A stretch of DNA of 63,863 nucleotides, filler included, from Saprolegnia diclina VS20 (GCF_000281045.1; 8 parts of 5 records of this genome joined end to end with filler, not necessarily neighbours in it), one strand, 5' to 3'; shown: positions 11,184-21,060, counted from the whole stretch's first letter. Numbers and translations: made by a program. Notes: generated from the sequence alone by a model not told the origin.

Positions 11184-12330
11184 GTCGGACGCGTTGCTAG
11201 TGCGATCTAGTTACTCTTGTTTTGTGGTGAATCAAACAACTCGTTTGACGTGTCATTTGGATTTGCTAGGAGTGTTGAGGACGAGGGTATTTTTGATGGC
11301 ACGGCGTAGAGAGAATCGGCCCCAAGGAGTTTGTATGCTTGCGTTCCATGAACTCGCTAAAACAGAGCTAGTAGTACTGTAGTATCTTCAACCCACCAGT
11401 CTTACGTATGAATAGGTAGCAGTGGGCATACCGTAGAATTTACGCCACTTCTTGCAAACGCAGTAGTTCTTGTTGACTCGTGGCGCCTGGGTGATCCAGC
11501 ACACGAAGTAAAAAAGTGATGGATCGACACGCTTGCACGCATCCGTGGCTTTGCTACACAGTAGATGGTCTCATCCACCACCTCACGTGCACTACATAAC
11601 GCTTTTAGGAGACGTCGCCAGGCTCAAGCACGACCCAGAACCAGTCATGGGTCAATAATAAAGACCAATGAACCAGTGTAATGTGTGTCTGTGGCTGTGA
11701 GAGGCTGGAAAACGTCGACGCTGTCGTGGCCATTCCTTCGCCACGAGCTGAGTGCGTCAGACAGTCGATTTGGGCTGTTTTCTACGGCTTCTGCGCACGC
11801 AAGGTGCAAGTTCAAGCAAGTGCTATGAGAGGCCGCGCACTGCACGGCGTGGGATAGATGACAACCGTTTATACTGGCCCCACACCGTACATGTAGGAAG
11901 CTCCCCTTCATCTCTTTCTTAATGACTGTATTGTGCGCACCTATTTGTCGACAAGTATTGCTCCAGGCACCAAATGCTGCTACCGCCCCGTGCTCGCGAA
12001 AGGTGGGACCATGACCAACTTGAAGTTGAAGTTGGTGTCGCGGGACACGTCGGTTTGTGGCGGGAACACCAAATAATTAATTGCACCGAAAATAGAAACA
12101 AATGCAAGGGCAAGCTCAAGATCCCAAAGATCGACTCTCACGTGTCAAGAAGGGACACGGACAGATGGTGGTACCTACTAGCAGCTATGAGACAAGGCGG
12201 TGATGCTTCGAATTACGTGCATTACAAGGCCTGGGGATACGTTAGACGAGTCTGCGTATCAAGCCGGTTGAAGTTGGGTTTGCACTTCGACGACCTCACC
12301 TAGGCGGCGAAGCGAGGTGGAATGTGGAGC

Positions 12331-12346
12331 TCACTTTCTATTTTGC
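12331..12346 (+). promoter_or_regulatory. Oomycete INR+FPR core promoter of transporter copy 3
   Basis: TCACTTT-CT-ATTTTGC. It lies downstream of ATG 12322, which implies the real start is ATG 12367. Confidence 0.7.
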
Positions 12347-12366
12347 CTCGCACGCAACACAGTACG

Positions 12367-13171
12367 ATGAACAAGACGACGGACGTGGTCGCGACGCCGA
12401 CGGCCGACTACGCCATGGAAGGCGGCCTCAAGTATGCCGGCAAGGCCAACTCGTTTGCGCAGATCCTGCTTCTCGGCCTCATCTGTTTCGGCTGCCCCGG
12501 TATGTTCAACGCGCTCAACGGTCTCGGCGGCGGCGGTCAGGTCGACGACAAGGTCAGCTCCAACGCCAACGTGGCTCTCTACGCGTGTTTTGCGGGCTTT
12601 TCGGTCTTTGCCGGCTCGGTGCACAACTTTTTGGGCCCGCGCCTCACGCTCTTTGTGGGTGGCTGCACGTACGCTCTCTATGCCGGCTCGCTTCTCAGCT
12701 ACAACTACACGCAGAACGGCACGTTTGTGATTGTCGCGGGCGCGATTCTCGGCATCGGCGCCGGCCTCCTCTGGACGGCCCAGGGCACAATGATGCTTGC
12801 GTACCCGACCGAAAACGAAAAGGGCAAGTTCATTTCGATTTTTTGGGTCGTCTTCAACCTCGGTGGTGTCCTCGGTGGCTTTATTCCCTTTGGCTTCAAC
12901 TACAACTCGACCGCCTCCAGCGTCAACAACGCGACGTACATTGGCTTTATCTGCGCCATGGCCATTGGCACGTCGCTTGCGCTCGCTCTCAAGGCGCCGT
13001 CGACGGTGATTCGCTCGGACGGCACACAGGTCGAGTACCCCAAGGCCGCGTCCGCGATGATTGAAATCCGCGGGCTCTACGCCGCCATCTTTGACTGGCG
13101 CATGCTCTGCCTCATCCCCGCCTCGTTTGCGTCCAACTTTTTCTACGGCTACCAGTTCAACGCGGTGAACG
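12367..13171 (+). CDS. UNC-93-like MFS transporter, NOPE1/Ngt1-type (copy 3, truncated by assembly gap)
   Basis: MNKTTD..., CFGCPGMFNALNGLGGGGQ and GAGLLWTAQG motifs; the ORF runs into Ns at 13172. Confidence 0.88.
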
Positions 13172-13271
13172 NNNNNNNNNNNNNNNNNNNNNNNNNNNNN
13201 NNNNNNNNNNNNNNNTTAATTAATTAANNNNNNNNNNNNNNNNNNNNNNNNNNNNNNNNNNNNNNNNNNNN
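13172..13271. other. Artificial contig linker 44N-TTAATTAATTAA-44N (also at 20166-20265, 45968-46067, 55826-55925, 57497-57596, 59979-60078, 61895-61994; plain 100-N gap at 54437-54536)
   Basis: Identical 100-nt spacer with stop codons in all six frames. Confidence 0.97.
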
Positions 13272-13978
13272 CGTGGATGGCTCGAGCCGCTTGCTCTGCG
13301 CCTGGATCTTGTGACGTGTGTGGGCTTACATATCTTGGTCTTCTAGAACGCTCGGCCTTGCGCGGAAAACCTCTTCCACTTCTTGGAACGGCACTTATCG
13401 GACGGAGCCACAAAACTAGTAGGTTGTCCGCTTACTTCAGTAACTGGACACTGGATAGCTGTTGCACCAGACGCAGGCCTGCAGCAGTTGAACAGGATGC
13501 CATAAGTTTCGTTCTCTGGAGCCCCGGGGCAGTTTGGCCCAGATCCGCCACGAGTCGCCAACAACACACGGCAAGTATGAGTGCCAATTCGTGGACGGAG
13601 CCACAAACTATCTATTTTGCCTGTTCGCGGGAAGCGCGGCCCAACAAGAGTGCCAGGATCGGACGAAGAGCGCGTTGCAGACTATAAGTTGCAGACCTAG
13701 GATATATTGGATATAGTCGACGGTCCCATCTTTCACATCGTTTATCATTGCACCCGACGTTGCACTCTTCACTCCGATAATGTTACAGCGCTGCGTTCAA
13801 AACTTGTCGAGTGTCCGTACTAATATGCGAGAGTGGACGGGTTGTGGGCAGGATAGGGCATTAAAAAATTATTAAACAAGGATTTATAAACCACTCGCCA
13901 AATTCGATACAAATGTTACTACACTGCTTGAAGCTGGATTGGTCTGGATTTGCCATTTTCCCACGGTTGTGTTGAAGT

Positions 13979-14692
13979 ATGTTGCCGGCGCTTTTGCGGA
14001 CAGGACGTCGCCGCGCCTTTGGGACGACAACGACGATTGAGAAGACACCACTCGGTACTGTCACGAGCTACTACGACAGCCAGTCTGGCCAGCACGTTCG
14101 CTACTCGGATGCTATCCAGATCCACGCCCTCCAGCTTCCAGCGCCAGGCGTCAAGGGCCTTGCCTCCGTGACATTGACGGCGCCAATGGACGTGCCAACC
14201 GCCGTCGCCACGCACGTGTATCTCACCTCTAACATTGCGCCGCATGCGCTGGCACTGAGCGTCTCGTGCGCGGCTTCACGTCGCGAGTGGGACGACGTCA
14301 TTGCAATCGCCACCGCTGCGACGTCGCTAGCCCGACCCGTCAAAGTCGCGCTACTCGACCCATTTGCTGGCAACCCGTACGATGTGCAGCTCTTGGGCTC
14401 GCTACTTGCGGACGCCGGTGCAACTGTGCTGACGCTGAACACCGAAAGTGAAAACGACTCGGACGTGTTGGAAGAAGTCTTTGAAGCTCTCACGTGGAGC
14501 GACGTTGTGGGACTACCCATGAAGCAGCGCATTGGCTTGCGCTCTCTCGACTCGGACCTTGTCTCGTTTGCCGCTGGCAGCCTCGCTATCAAACACTACG
14601 ATGTGTGCTTTGACGGAGCGGACGCAATGGCACCCTCATGCTTGACAGACGTTCTTGCCGACGCTGGTCTTCCCCATACTCTACAGCTTTGA
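13979..14692 (+). CDS. Probable mitochondrial protein with a degenerate HMG-CoA-lyase-like (DRE-TIM) barrel
   Basis: 237 aa with an Arg-rich, acid-free N-terminus (MLPALLRTGRRRAF). The C-terminal half parallels HMGL segments (LLADAGATVLTL, RIGLR, IKHYDVCFDG, LTDVLADAGLPHTLQL). Confidence 0.55.
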   Translation: MLPALLRTGRRRAFGTTTTIEKTPLGTVTSYYDSQSGQHVRYSDAIQIHALQLPAPGVKGLASVTLTAPMDVPTAVATHVYLTSNIAPHALALSVSCAASRREWDDVIAIATAATSLARPVKVALLDPFAGNPYDVQLLGSLLADAGATVLTLNTESENDSDVLEEVFEALTWSDVVGLPMKQRIGLRSLDSDLVSFAAGSLAIKHYDVCFDGADAMAPSCLTDVLADAGLPHTLQL

Positions 14693-14750
14693 TAGACAAC
14701 TTATTAAAGGGATACGTATGCCTGTGCATTATAGTATCTAGTGAGTCTGT

Positions 14751-16247
14751 TCAGGCGTTCGAGAACACAGCATCGTGGTCTTTGGCGCGCGTTGGGTGCA
14801 TTGGCGTGTCGAGTTTCATGCTCGGACGCAAACTCATCGTTGTCGTCGGCTCCATGAGACCTTCGATCTCGGCAATCGCAGAGCGCGTACTCGCTGTCTC
14901 TGTTAGCTCTTCCTCTTTGCCCTCTTCGGTGGTCGACGCGCGGCGACGGCGCATCGGCGTGTTGGACTCGACGGACGCCGCTTCGTATCTCGTCCGCCGC
15001 GAGCGCACGACCTTGACAAGCACCAACACGAGAACGACGACGACGAGCGCTGCAACGCTTCCGACCACCGCGCGCCCCGGCGTATCGAGCGACTGGAGGT
15101 ACTGCACCGGGTCCGATAGTGCCGACGTTGACGCATTGTGGGCGACGTGCTCGACGGCCTGGACCGCAAACGCGTTCTTCTCGGTCGGCGTCTGGCACAC
15201 GGTGTTACCGTTCACGACGCCAATCCAGTTGAAAAGCAGGTTGTCGGCTTCGTGGCCGCACATGGTGAGCGTAAAGGCCCCCGGCGGCGCTTCCTCGAAA
15301 TGCAGCACGTACTTGCCTGCGACTTGGCTCTCGGATGCCAAATCACAAGCAACCGAGGCCACGACGCTGTACGACGTTTGCATCTGCTCGTACGAGGAGA
15401 CTTGAATCGCGAACGCATCGCAAACGCTCGAGACGTTGTAGTTCCCAAACGCCGCCATCACGGCAGCGTCCAAAGCCGCGGGGTGCTCCTTGTCAATGTT
15501 CAACCAGACACCAGGTGTAGCCGTCACGGGAGCCTGCGTGGCAACAACTTGCGGTAGTGGTACAATTGGCGCCGAAGCTTGCGTCGGGGCTTGCGTCGGG
15601 GGTTGCGTTGGTGGTTGTGTCGAGGCTTGCTTCGGTGCTTGCGTCGAAGGCTGCGTCGGCGCCTGCGTCGGGGCTTGGGTAGATTCTTGCGTCGGGGCTT
15701 GGGTTGGTGCTTGCGTCGGGGCTTGGGTAGGTGCCTGCGTCGGGGCTTGGGTAGGTGCCTGCGTCGGGGCTTGGGTAGATGCCTGCGTCGGGGCTTGGGT
15801 AGATGCCTGCGTCGGGGCTTGGGTTGGTGCTTGCGTCGGGGCTTGGGTTGGTGCCTGCGTCGAAGGCTGCGTCGGCGCCTGGGTTGCTTGTTGCTCGATA
15901 GTGGGCGGAGTCAATGGCTCGGTGACAATAGGCAGAAGCGTAGCTTGCTGGGTAGGCGACGGTGTTGTTGCCTGCGCACCCAGCGGACCTTGTGGCGCTG
16001 TTTGCCGTGTTGACATCGAGGTCGCAGGCGCGCCGCTGTTCATAGCAGGACTGCTTCCAGCCTCACCACTGCGGACTGGGTCCGAGTTGGGCGGACAAGG
16101 CGGGAACGTACAATCCTTGGCCGGGTCACGGACAAGCTCCGTGATTTCACCCGAGACGCGGTCCTCGCAAGTCTTGATGTCGGCCTTGCACTGATTGCTC
16201 ATGCGATGACGGAGTCGATTCAAAATCTGAGCAGGAGTCGATGCCAA
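14751..16247 (-). CDS. Mucin-like type-I membrane protein (Cys module, TQAP repeats, putative cystatin-like domain, TM); 5' end uncertain
   Basis: CKADIKTC...RDPAKDCTFPPC module, many TQAP repeats, and a TM (AVVGSVAALVVVVLVLVLV) followed by basic residues. Paralog of 16644-17654. No signal peptide resolved. Confidence 0.75.
   Translation of the reverse strand: MASTPAQILNRLRHRMSNQCKADIKTCEDRVSGEITELVRDPAKDCTFPPCPPNSDPVRSGEAGSSPAMNSGAPATSMSTRQTAPQGPLGAQATTPSPTQQATLLPIVTEPLTPPTIEQQATQAPTQPSTQAPTQAPTQAPTQAPTQASTQAPTQASTQAPTQAPTQAPTQAPTQAPTQAPTQAPTQESTQAPTQAPTQPSTQAPKQASTQPPTQPPTQAPTQASAPIVPLPQVVATQAPVTATPGVWLNIDKEHPAALDAAVMAAFGNYNVSSVCDAFAIQVSSYEQMQTSYSVVASVACDLASESQVAGKYVLHFEEAPPGAFTLTMCGHEADNLLFNWIGVVNGNTVCQTPTEKNAFAVQAVEHVAHNASTSALSDPVQYLQSLDTPGRAVVGSVAALVVVVLVLVLVKVVRSRRTRYEAASVESNTPMRRRRASTTEEGKEEELTETASTRSAIAEIEGLMEPTTTMSLRPSMKLDTPMHPTRAKDHDAVFSNA
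15577..15888 (-). repeat. Coding 12-bp tandem repeat (Thr-Gln-Ala-Pro units)
   Basis: Repeated variants of tgcgtcggggct / tgggtaggtgcc. Confidence 0.9.
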
Positions 16248-16643
16248 GCCAGGTGTTGTCTAAAACCACCCAACAGCACCACTGCCCACCGATGATTGCT
16301 CGTGTAGCAGCGGACTATACACCTCATCGAGTGCTTGAAAAACTACAGTATATAAGTGTGAAGAAAGTAAACGCGTAGGTAAATCGCTCTATCAAGGACG
16401 ACGCTACTTGCTAACCATGCGCGGCAGCAGTCACCAGGACTCAAATTGCGTGCATTTAGCTCATCAAAGGCGCAACTGACCAAGATGCGTGAGTCACGCG
16501 GCCACCGCGTGGCTGCACCCTGTCTCTGCCCTCGCCCCAGCATTGCGTCCGTCCAGCAGCGCCGTGATCTGCATCGATCTTAAGCCTCGAACGTTTCCAT
16601 TTTGTGCAGACGCAGCAGGACAAGTACAAACACCGGGCAATGT

Positions 16644-17654
16644 TTAAAGCTTTACCGACGAGAGTACGCCGTCTTCAAGGTCGTCGCTGGCTTTGCGAGG
16701 CGCAGCAGTCGTGCTCTCGAGTGGGTTTGTCGTCAGCGCGGGTGCATCTTCATGAGCAGCAGCCTTGCGCTTGTGCTCTTCATGAGCTTCATCAACCTCC
16801 GCAAGAACAGAACGGTCGTTCGTTTCGCGACGGCGGGTTCTGTGGACAACAAACACAGCGAACGCAAGCACCGCAATGACAGCGATGACTGCAGCGCCAA
16901 GCACGGGAACGTCGGGTGCCTTAAGAAATGCCTGCATGTTTTGCATCAGTGACGTCTCGGCGGCGTCATGCGTCACATGGTTGAAGGGCTGGTTCAAGAA
17001 GGCCGAGCGCTGGCCCGGCGTCTGGCACTTCGTCACTTGATTCTCGATCGTCAGCCAGTTGCGCGTCGTACCGTTTTCGCGGTGACCACACTGGCTCAAG
17101 TAGAGGCCCTCAGCATCTTGTGTCACTTCGAGTACGAAGACGTGATCTGTGCCAGCGCAATTGACATCCATCGCCAAGTGGTAAAGCGCGGTCGAGTCGT
17201 TGGCAGGCGCCTTCTCTGCCGCCGTCACCGTGACGTTGAGCGGGTCACAGACTTTGTGGTAGTTGTCGAAGGACGCATTCAGCAGTTGCGAAAGCGCGTG
17301 CGGCATCGACGCGTCGATGGCGGTCCAGTTGGAACCGTGATCGACACCTGCGCGAATGCCCTTGTGCACTGTCATGTTGCTGGGAGCAGTCGTTGGCGAC
17401 GTTGCGGTACCGGCAGCACTCGGCAGTGGCGTCGCAACGGCCACGGGTGTTGCAGTCGGCGCGATGACGGGAGTTGGTGTCTGCTGGCGGGCCTCGGCGT
17501 CTCGGCACGGAAAGAACTTGCAGTTGTTGGCAGGGTCGCGTCCGACGCCTTGGCCATTGGGGCAGATGTACAAGTCTTCCAAGCACCCGACGGCCAACGC
17601 AGGCGACGCGAGCAACGCCATGACAGCAGAGACGGTGGCCAACGTGCGAAGCAT
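16644..17654 (-). CDS. Secreted type-I membrane protein (signal peptide, Cys module, T/P linker, putative cystatin-like domain, TM)
   Basis: Signal peptide MLRTLATVSAVMALLASPALA; CLEDLYICPNGQGVGRDPANNCKFFPC; CGH....NW.....T.CQTP shared with the neighbour; TM VLGAAVIAVIAVLAFAVFVV followed by RTRRR. Confidence 0.82.
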   Translation of the reverse strand: MLRTLATVSAVMALLASPALAVGCLEDLYICPNGQGVGRDPANNCKFFPCRDAEARQQTPTPVIAPTATPVAVATPLPSAAGTATSPTTAPSNMTVHKGIRAGVDHGSNWTAIDASMPHALSQLLNASFDNYHKVCDPLNVTVTAAEKAPANDSTALYHLAMDVNCAGTDHVFVLEVTQDAEGLYLSQCGHRENGTTRNWLTIENQVTKCQTPGQRSAFLNQPFNHVTHDAAETSLMQNMQAFLKAPDVPVLGAAVIAVIAVLAFAVFVVHRTRRRETNDRSVLAEVDEAHEEHKRKAAAHEDAPALTTNPLESTTAAPRKASDDLEDGVLSSVKL

Positions 17655-18658
17655 TTGTCCTCTTGGTGTATGGGCGACGCCCGCGAACAAGAAGCGTGCA
17701 GCATATGGTGACCATTCTAGGCGAACGCGGTCCGGATGTGAAGCCATTTTCGGACTGAAGCCCGAAAATAACACATTTCTAATACGGTGCTTTGTATTCG
17801 GTTTGTGTGATGCGGCCTTGCGGCGAAGAGAGGTGGCCTCTCCTCCTTCGTCTACGCTTCAAGCAATTCGTGAATTGTGATTTCGTTGAAAATGGAGACT
17901 ATGTTGCTGATGAGTCGTAGAAGGGTATCTATCATAGCTCAACGAATTGCAACTGAAAGCTTTTTAAATCTTAAGCGAGCAATCATGCTCATCCTCCTGG
18001 TTTCGCGGAAAGGCAGTTCGTTCGACGGGATAGTCACCGTCCATCGTCTGAGCCCAACTCAGACGCCACGGCGCAGTTGAGCTCCACGTTGGTGACAACA
18101 CACTGGCTGTTCAATTGTACACTTGAACCGTCGGTTAACTCTCCAGGGTACTAGTAGCAATCAGCCTACGTCGCTTTGAGAGCAGTTCCGCGGTGTGTTG
18201 GGCTGTAGAATGCTTCGCCACAGAAAACAGCAATAGAAAGGGCAAGTCGCTGTGGACTTGTCGAGTGTTCACAGACCAAAGATCGAAACACATTGGTAGC
18301 GTGAGGATCTTGACCACTTCGATGCAAGAACGGAAGGGTTCCAAATCGCGTTGAAAGGAAATTCAGCAATAAACGCATCGTCAAAGATGGTACCGACTAG
18401 CTTCAAGCCACCACACCTGTGAGCTCCAAACGTCCGCTACTCGGCAACGCCGTTGCCACTAGTTTTGAGCAAGCCGGCATTGGCTCGAAAAACTTGATAC
18501 GGGGGGCAGGTTGAGATGTTCTGCAGATGATGGCCCGGCAAGACTGATAGACAGTCGATGAGCCCGAGCTTCCGTACAAGAAACAAACTACATCCACAGA
18601 GGCGTCGCTGGTTGTTGGCTCGCAAAAATGGGATACATTCATTTGCCAGAATCCGCTA

Positions 18659-19312
18659 TTAGACGACGACAGGGTCGAGCACGTCCTTGGTGCTGGGCAC
18701 GTCGTCCACCTTTTCGGCGTCTTCGCTAGCCCCTTCGTCGTCGACCTTTACATCAAGCTTGGTCCGCGCCGTGTGGTCCTTTGTGATACTAACGCCCATG
18801 ACGATGGCGGCAATCACCGCGACGAGGCCGACGTACGCAAAACCGACGGTGAGCGCCGACGATGCGTCGGCTGTAGTAGGCGCATTTGCCAGCGCGACAA
18901 TCGTGTCGTCACTCGACGACGCGTTACCCTTGTAGTAAAAGACGTTGCCAGTCACGTTCATCGTAAGGTCCTTGGAGACGACTTCGAAGAGCGAGATCAT
19001 CTCGGTCGTGTTGAGGCGACCGAGGTACGAGCGCACGAGCGTTTCGTTGAGCGCCGCAAGTTGCGTGCGGTTGCTGACAAAGTCTTCGACGAGGAGGATG
19101 GTGCGGTTGAACTCGGTCGCGTTCAGCGGCTGGTTGGGGATGCGCACGACATGGAGCGACTGCACGAGCTTGTCGAAGAGCTCGAGGCCAAAGGTCGGGC
19201 GCGTTGGGACCGGCGTTGCAGGCATGTCACTCGCAGCGCGCATGTGGTGGTCCTGACCAAGCACGGACATGGCCGCGTACGCGACGAGCGCCACAAGCTT
19301 CAGCAGAGCCAT
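18659..19312 (-). CDS. Secreted type-I membrane glycoprotein, unknown function
   Basis: Signal peptide MALLKLVALVAYAAMSVLG, several N-x-S/T sites, C-terminal TM and an acidic tail. Confidence 0.8.
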   Translation of the reverse strand: MALLKLVALVAYAAMSVLGQDHHMRAASDMPATPVPTRPTFGLELFDKLVQSLHVVRIPNQPLNATEFNRTILLVEDFVSNRTQLAALNETLVRSYLGRLNTTEMISLFEVVSKDLTMNVTGNVFYYKGNASSSDDTIVALANAPTTADASSALTVGFAYVGLVAVIAAIVMGVSITKDHTARTKLDVKVDDEGASEDAEKVDDVPSTKDVLDPVVV

Positions 19313-19916
19313 CGGACTTTGGAAATGACGCTTTCGCAGCTGCTATCTTTTTCACGTGTATCACACGGTGGGAAACACATCGCGCGGCTGCGTCAAAACT
19401 GGCGTGCGCCTTCTTGTTCTTCGCTGGTCATCGCCGTAGATGCTAAACAGGCAGATCAAGCGGACTTGAACAGTCTTGCGGTGTGCTTGAGAACGCGGAA
19501 TCGCGGGGTATGTGAGGACCAGTCAACTCCGTGTCTATATGCCGCGGAAACCCGCGGATTAACACCGGACATGACACCGAGCTCGACGATCTGCTCTTGA
19601 AAGTGGCAAGAAGATCACACACAATATTTGCCATCTTCGATGACGTGCCAAGTTAGTCTCGCCCTCTGGCATCAAGGAGAGAAGTGTGCTGCACGGCAGG
19701 ATCATGCTTCTTGCCACATAAAACACGTGGTGTGTCTATTTGGTCGCACGTGAAAATTAGAATTCGGTGGATCGCGCATCACCCTGTCGTCGGATTGCAG
19801 CCAGCTGCTGGGGCCCACGACGCACGCCCTGCGACGGTCTTCTGCACAGGGTGCTTAAGTAAGACTCGCATAAAAATCAATCGCATTACGCGTCAACCAA
19901 AAAACGGAGAGTCCAC

Positions 19917-20165
19917 TTAGACACTGACGACGCTGGGCGACTCGCTCGTCATGTCCTCGACATCGGCATCCTTGACGGCAGGCGACGCCTTCTCGGCGGC
20001 TTCAATCTCGTCAATGACGTTGTCAGCGAGAACGGACTGAGCGGGCGCAGCCTTCTTTTCGCGCGAGGCCGAGACCGCAAGCGCAACAGCCACGACCACC
20101 ATGAAGCCGCCGATAGCACCACCCGAAACAATGATCTGCTGGTTGTCGAGGCCAAGGAACTTGTT
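19917..20165 (-). CDS. 3' fragment of a type-I membrane protein (5' part lost in the gap)
   Basis: Open frame from the gap: NKFLGLDNQQIIVSGGAIGGFMVVAVALAVSA plus an acidic tail like that of 18659-19312. Confidence 0.65.
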   Translation of the reverse strand, partial: NKFLGLDNQQIIVSGGAIGGFMVVVAVALAVSASREKKAAPAQSVLADNVIDEIEAAEKASPAVKDADVEDMTSESPSVVSV

Positions 20166-20267
20166 NNNNNNNNNNNNNNNNNNNNNNNNNNNNNNNNNNN
20201 NNNNNNNNNTTAATTAATTAANNNNNNNNNNNNNNNNNNNNNNNNNNNNNNNNNNNNNNNNNNNNTG

Positions 20268-20345
20268 CTCTGTGGTGGCGCGACTGGCCTTGCGTCCGGC
20301 GTTGTGGCTGCCGTGTGGAAGACGATCCCGACGCCCCGCCCCTAA
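20268..20345 (+). CDS. 3' fragment of a Gly/Ala-rich small membrane protein (paralog of 20758-21060)
   Basis: LCGGATGLASGVVAAVWKTIPTPRP* aligns with LYGGATGVASGVAASVWTAIAP. Confidence 0.6.
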   Translation, partial: LCGGATGLASGVVAAVWKTIPTPRP

Positions 20346-20419
20346 CCCCGAGGTAGCTCCAGTTATTGTAGCTAGCGAATGTCAATTCATCCTCTTCAGC
20401 CTCGTCTCCTTGTTGTTGG

Positions 20420-20451
20420 CAAGGGTATATAATATCTCTTATATACCCTTG
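20420..20451. repeat. AT-rich perfect hairpin (13-bp stem, 6-nt loop); related copy at 26137-26194
   Basis: caagggtatataa-tatctc-ttatatacccttg. Confidence 0.85.
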
Positions 20452-20757
20452 TTGCTGGCGACCTCGGCTCGACTTTGTACAAGAGCGCTTGGGTTGGCGA
20501 CATGCAAGTGCGACCGCGGCTGCATGGAAACGATCGGACGACGTCGCTGCCTACGTCCTGGGTTTGAACAAGAGCTTCGCTGTTGTGCGCTTGGTACACT
20601 TGATCATTTTGGTCGAGACCGGTTGAAAATGCTGGTGATTGGCGCAGTTCCAAGTGATATCGAGGTGGCGACAGGGAAGGTAAGGGAATAAAGTCTCAAG
20701 GGGCAAGGTTGAGCAGTGCCGAATAAGTCAAGTCGAAATTTCGCTGGTGCAAGTTTG

Positions 20758-21060
20758 ATGATGGCGAACGTGACCGTCTGGATCATCGGGGGCGGCGCGC
20801 TTGGTCTCGCGGCGCCGCTGCTTCTCTCAGTGGGCGCTGCGGCGGCAGTGCCCACGGCCATGTCGTACTTCGGCACAGTCGTCTCGGGCGTCGGGACAAT
20901 TCATGCTGCCGGTGGCGTCGCGGCCACGCTCCAAGCCAGCAGTGTCGCCTTGTGGTCGGGTAGCGCGCTGCTCTACGGCGGAGCGACAGGCGTCGCGTCC
21001 GGGGTTGCTGCCAGCGTCTGGACAGCGATCGCGCCCAGTTCGACGGCCAAAGACCCGTAG
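20758..21060 (+). CDS. Small hydrophobic Gly/Ala-rich protein, IFI6/IFI27 (ISG12)-like
   Basis: 100 aa. The pattern AAPLLLS.G...A..MS...G...AAGGVAATLQ resembles the ISG12 motif. A tandem paralog lies upstream. Confidence 0.55.
   Translation: MMANVTVWIIGGGALGLAAPLLLSVGAAAAVPTAMSYFGTVVSGVGTIHAAGGVAATLQASSVALWSGSALLYGGATGVASGVAASVWTAIAPSSTAKDP

Noticed and set aside
13216..13227. Recurrent TTAATTAATTAA palindrome as a biological repeat or CRISPR-like unit
   Set aside because: It is always centred in 44N+44N, so it is an artificial six-frame-stop contig linker.
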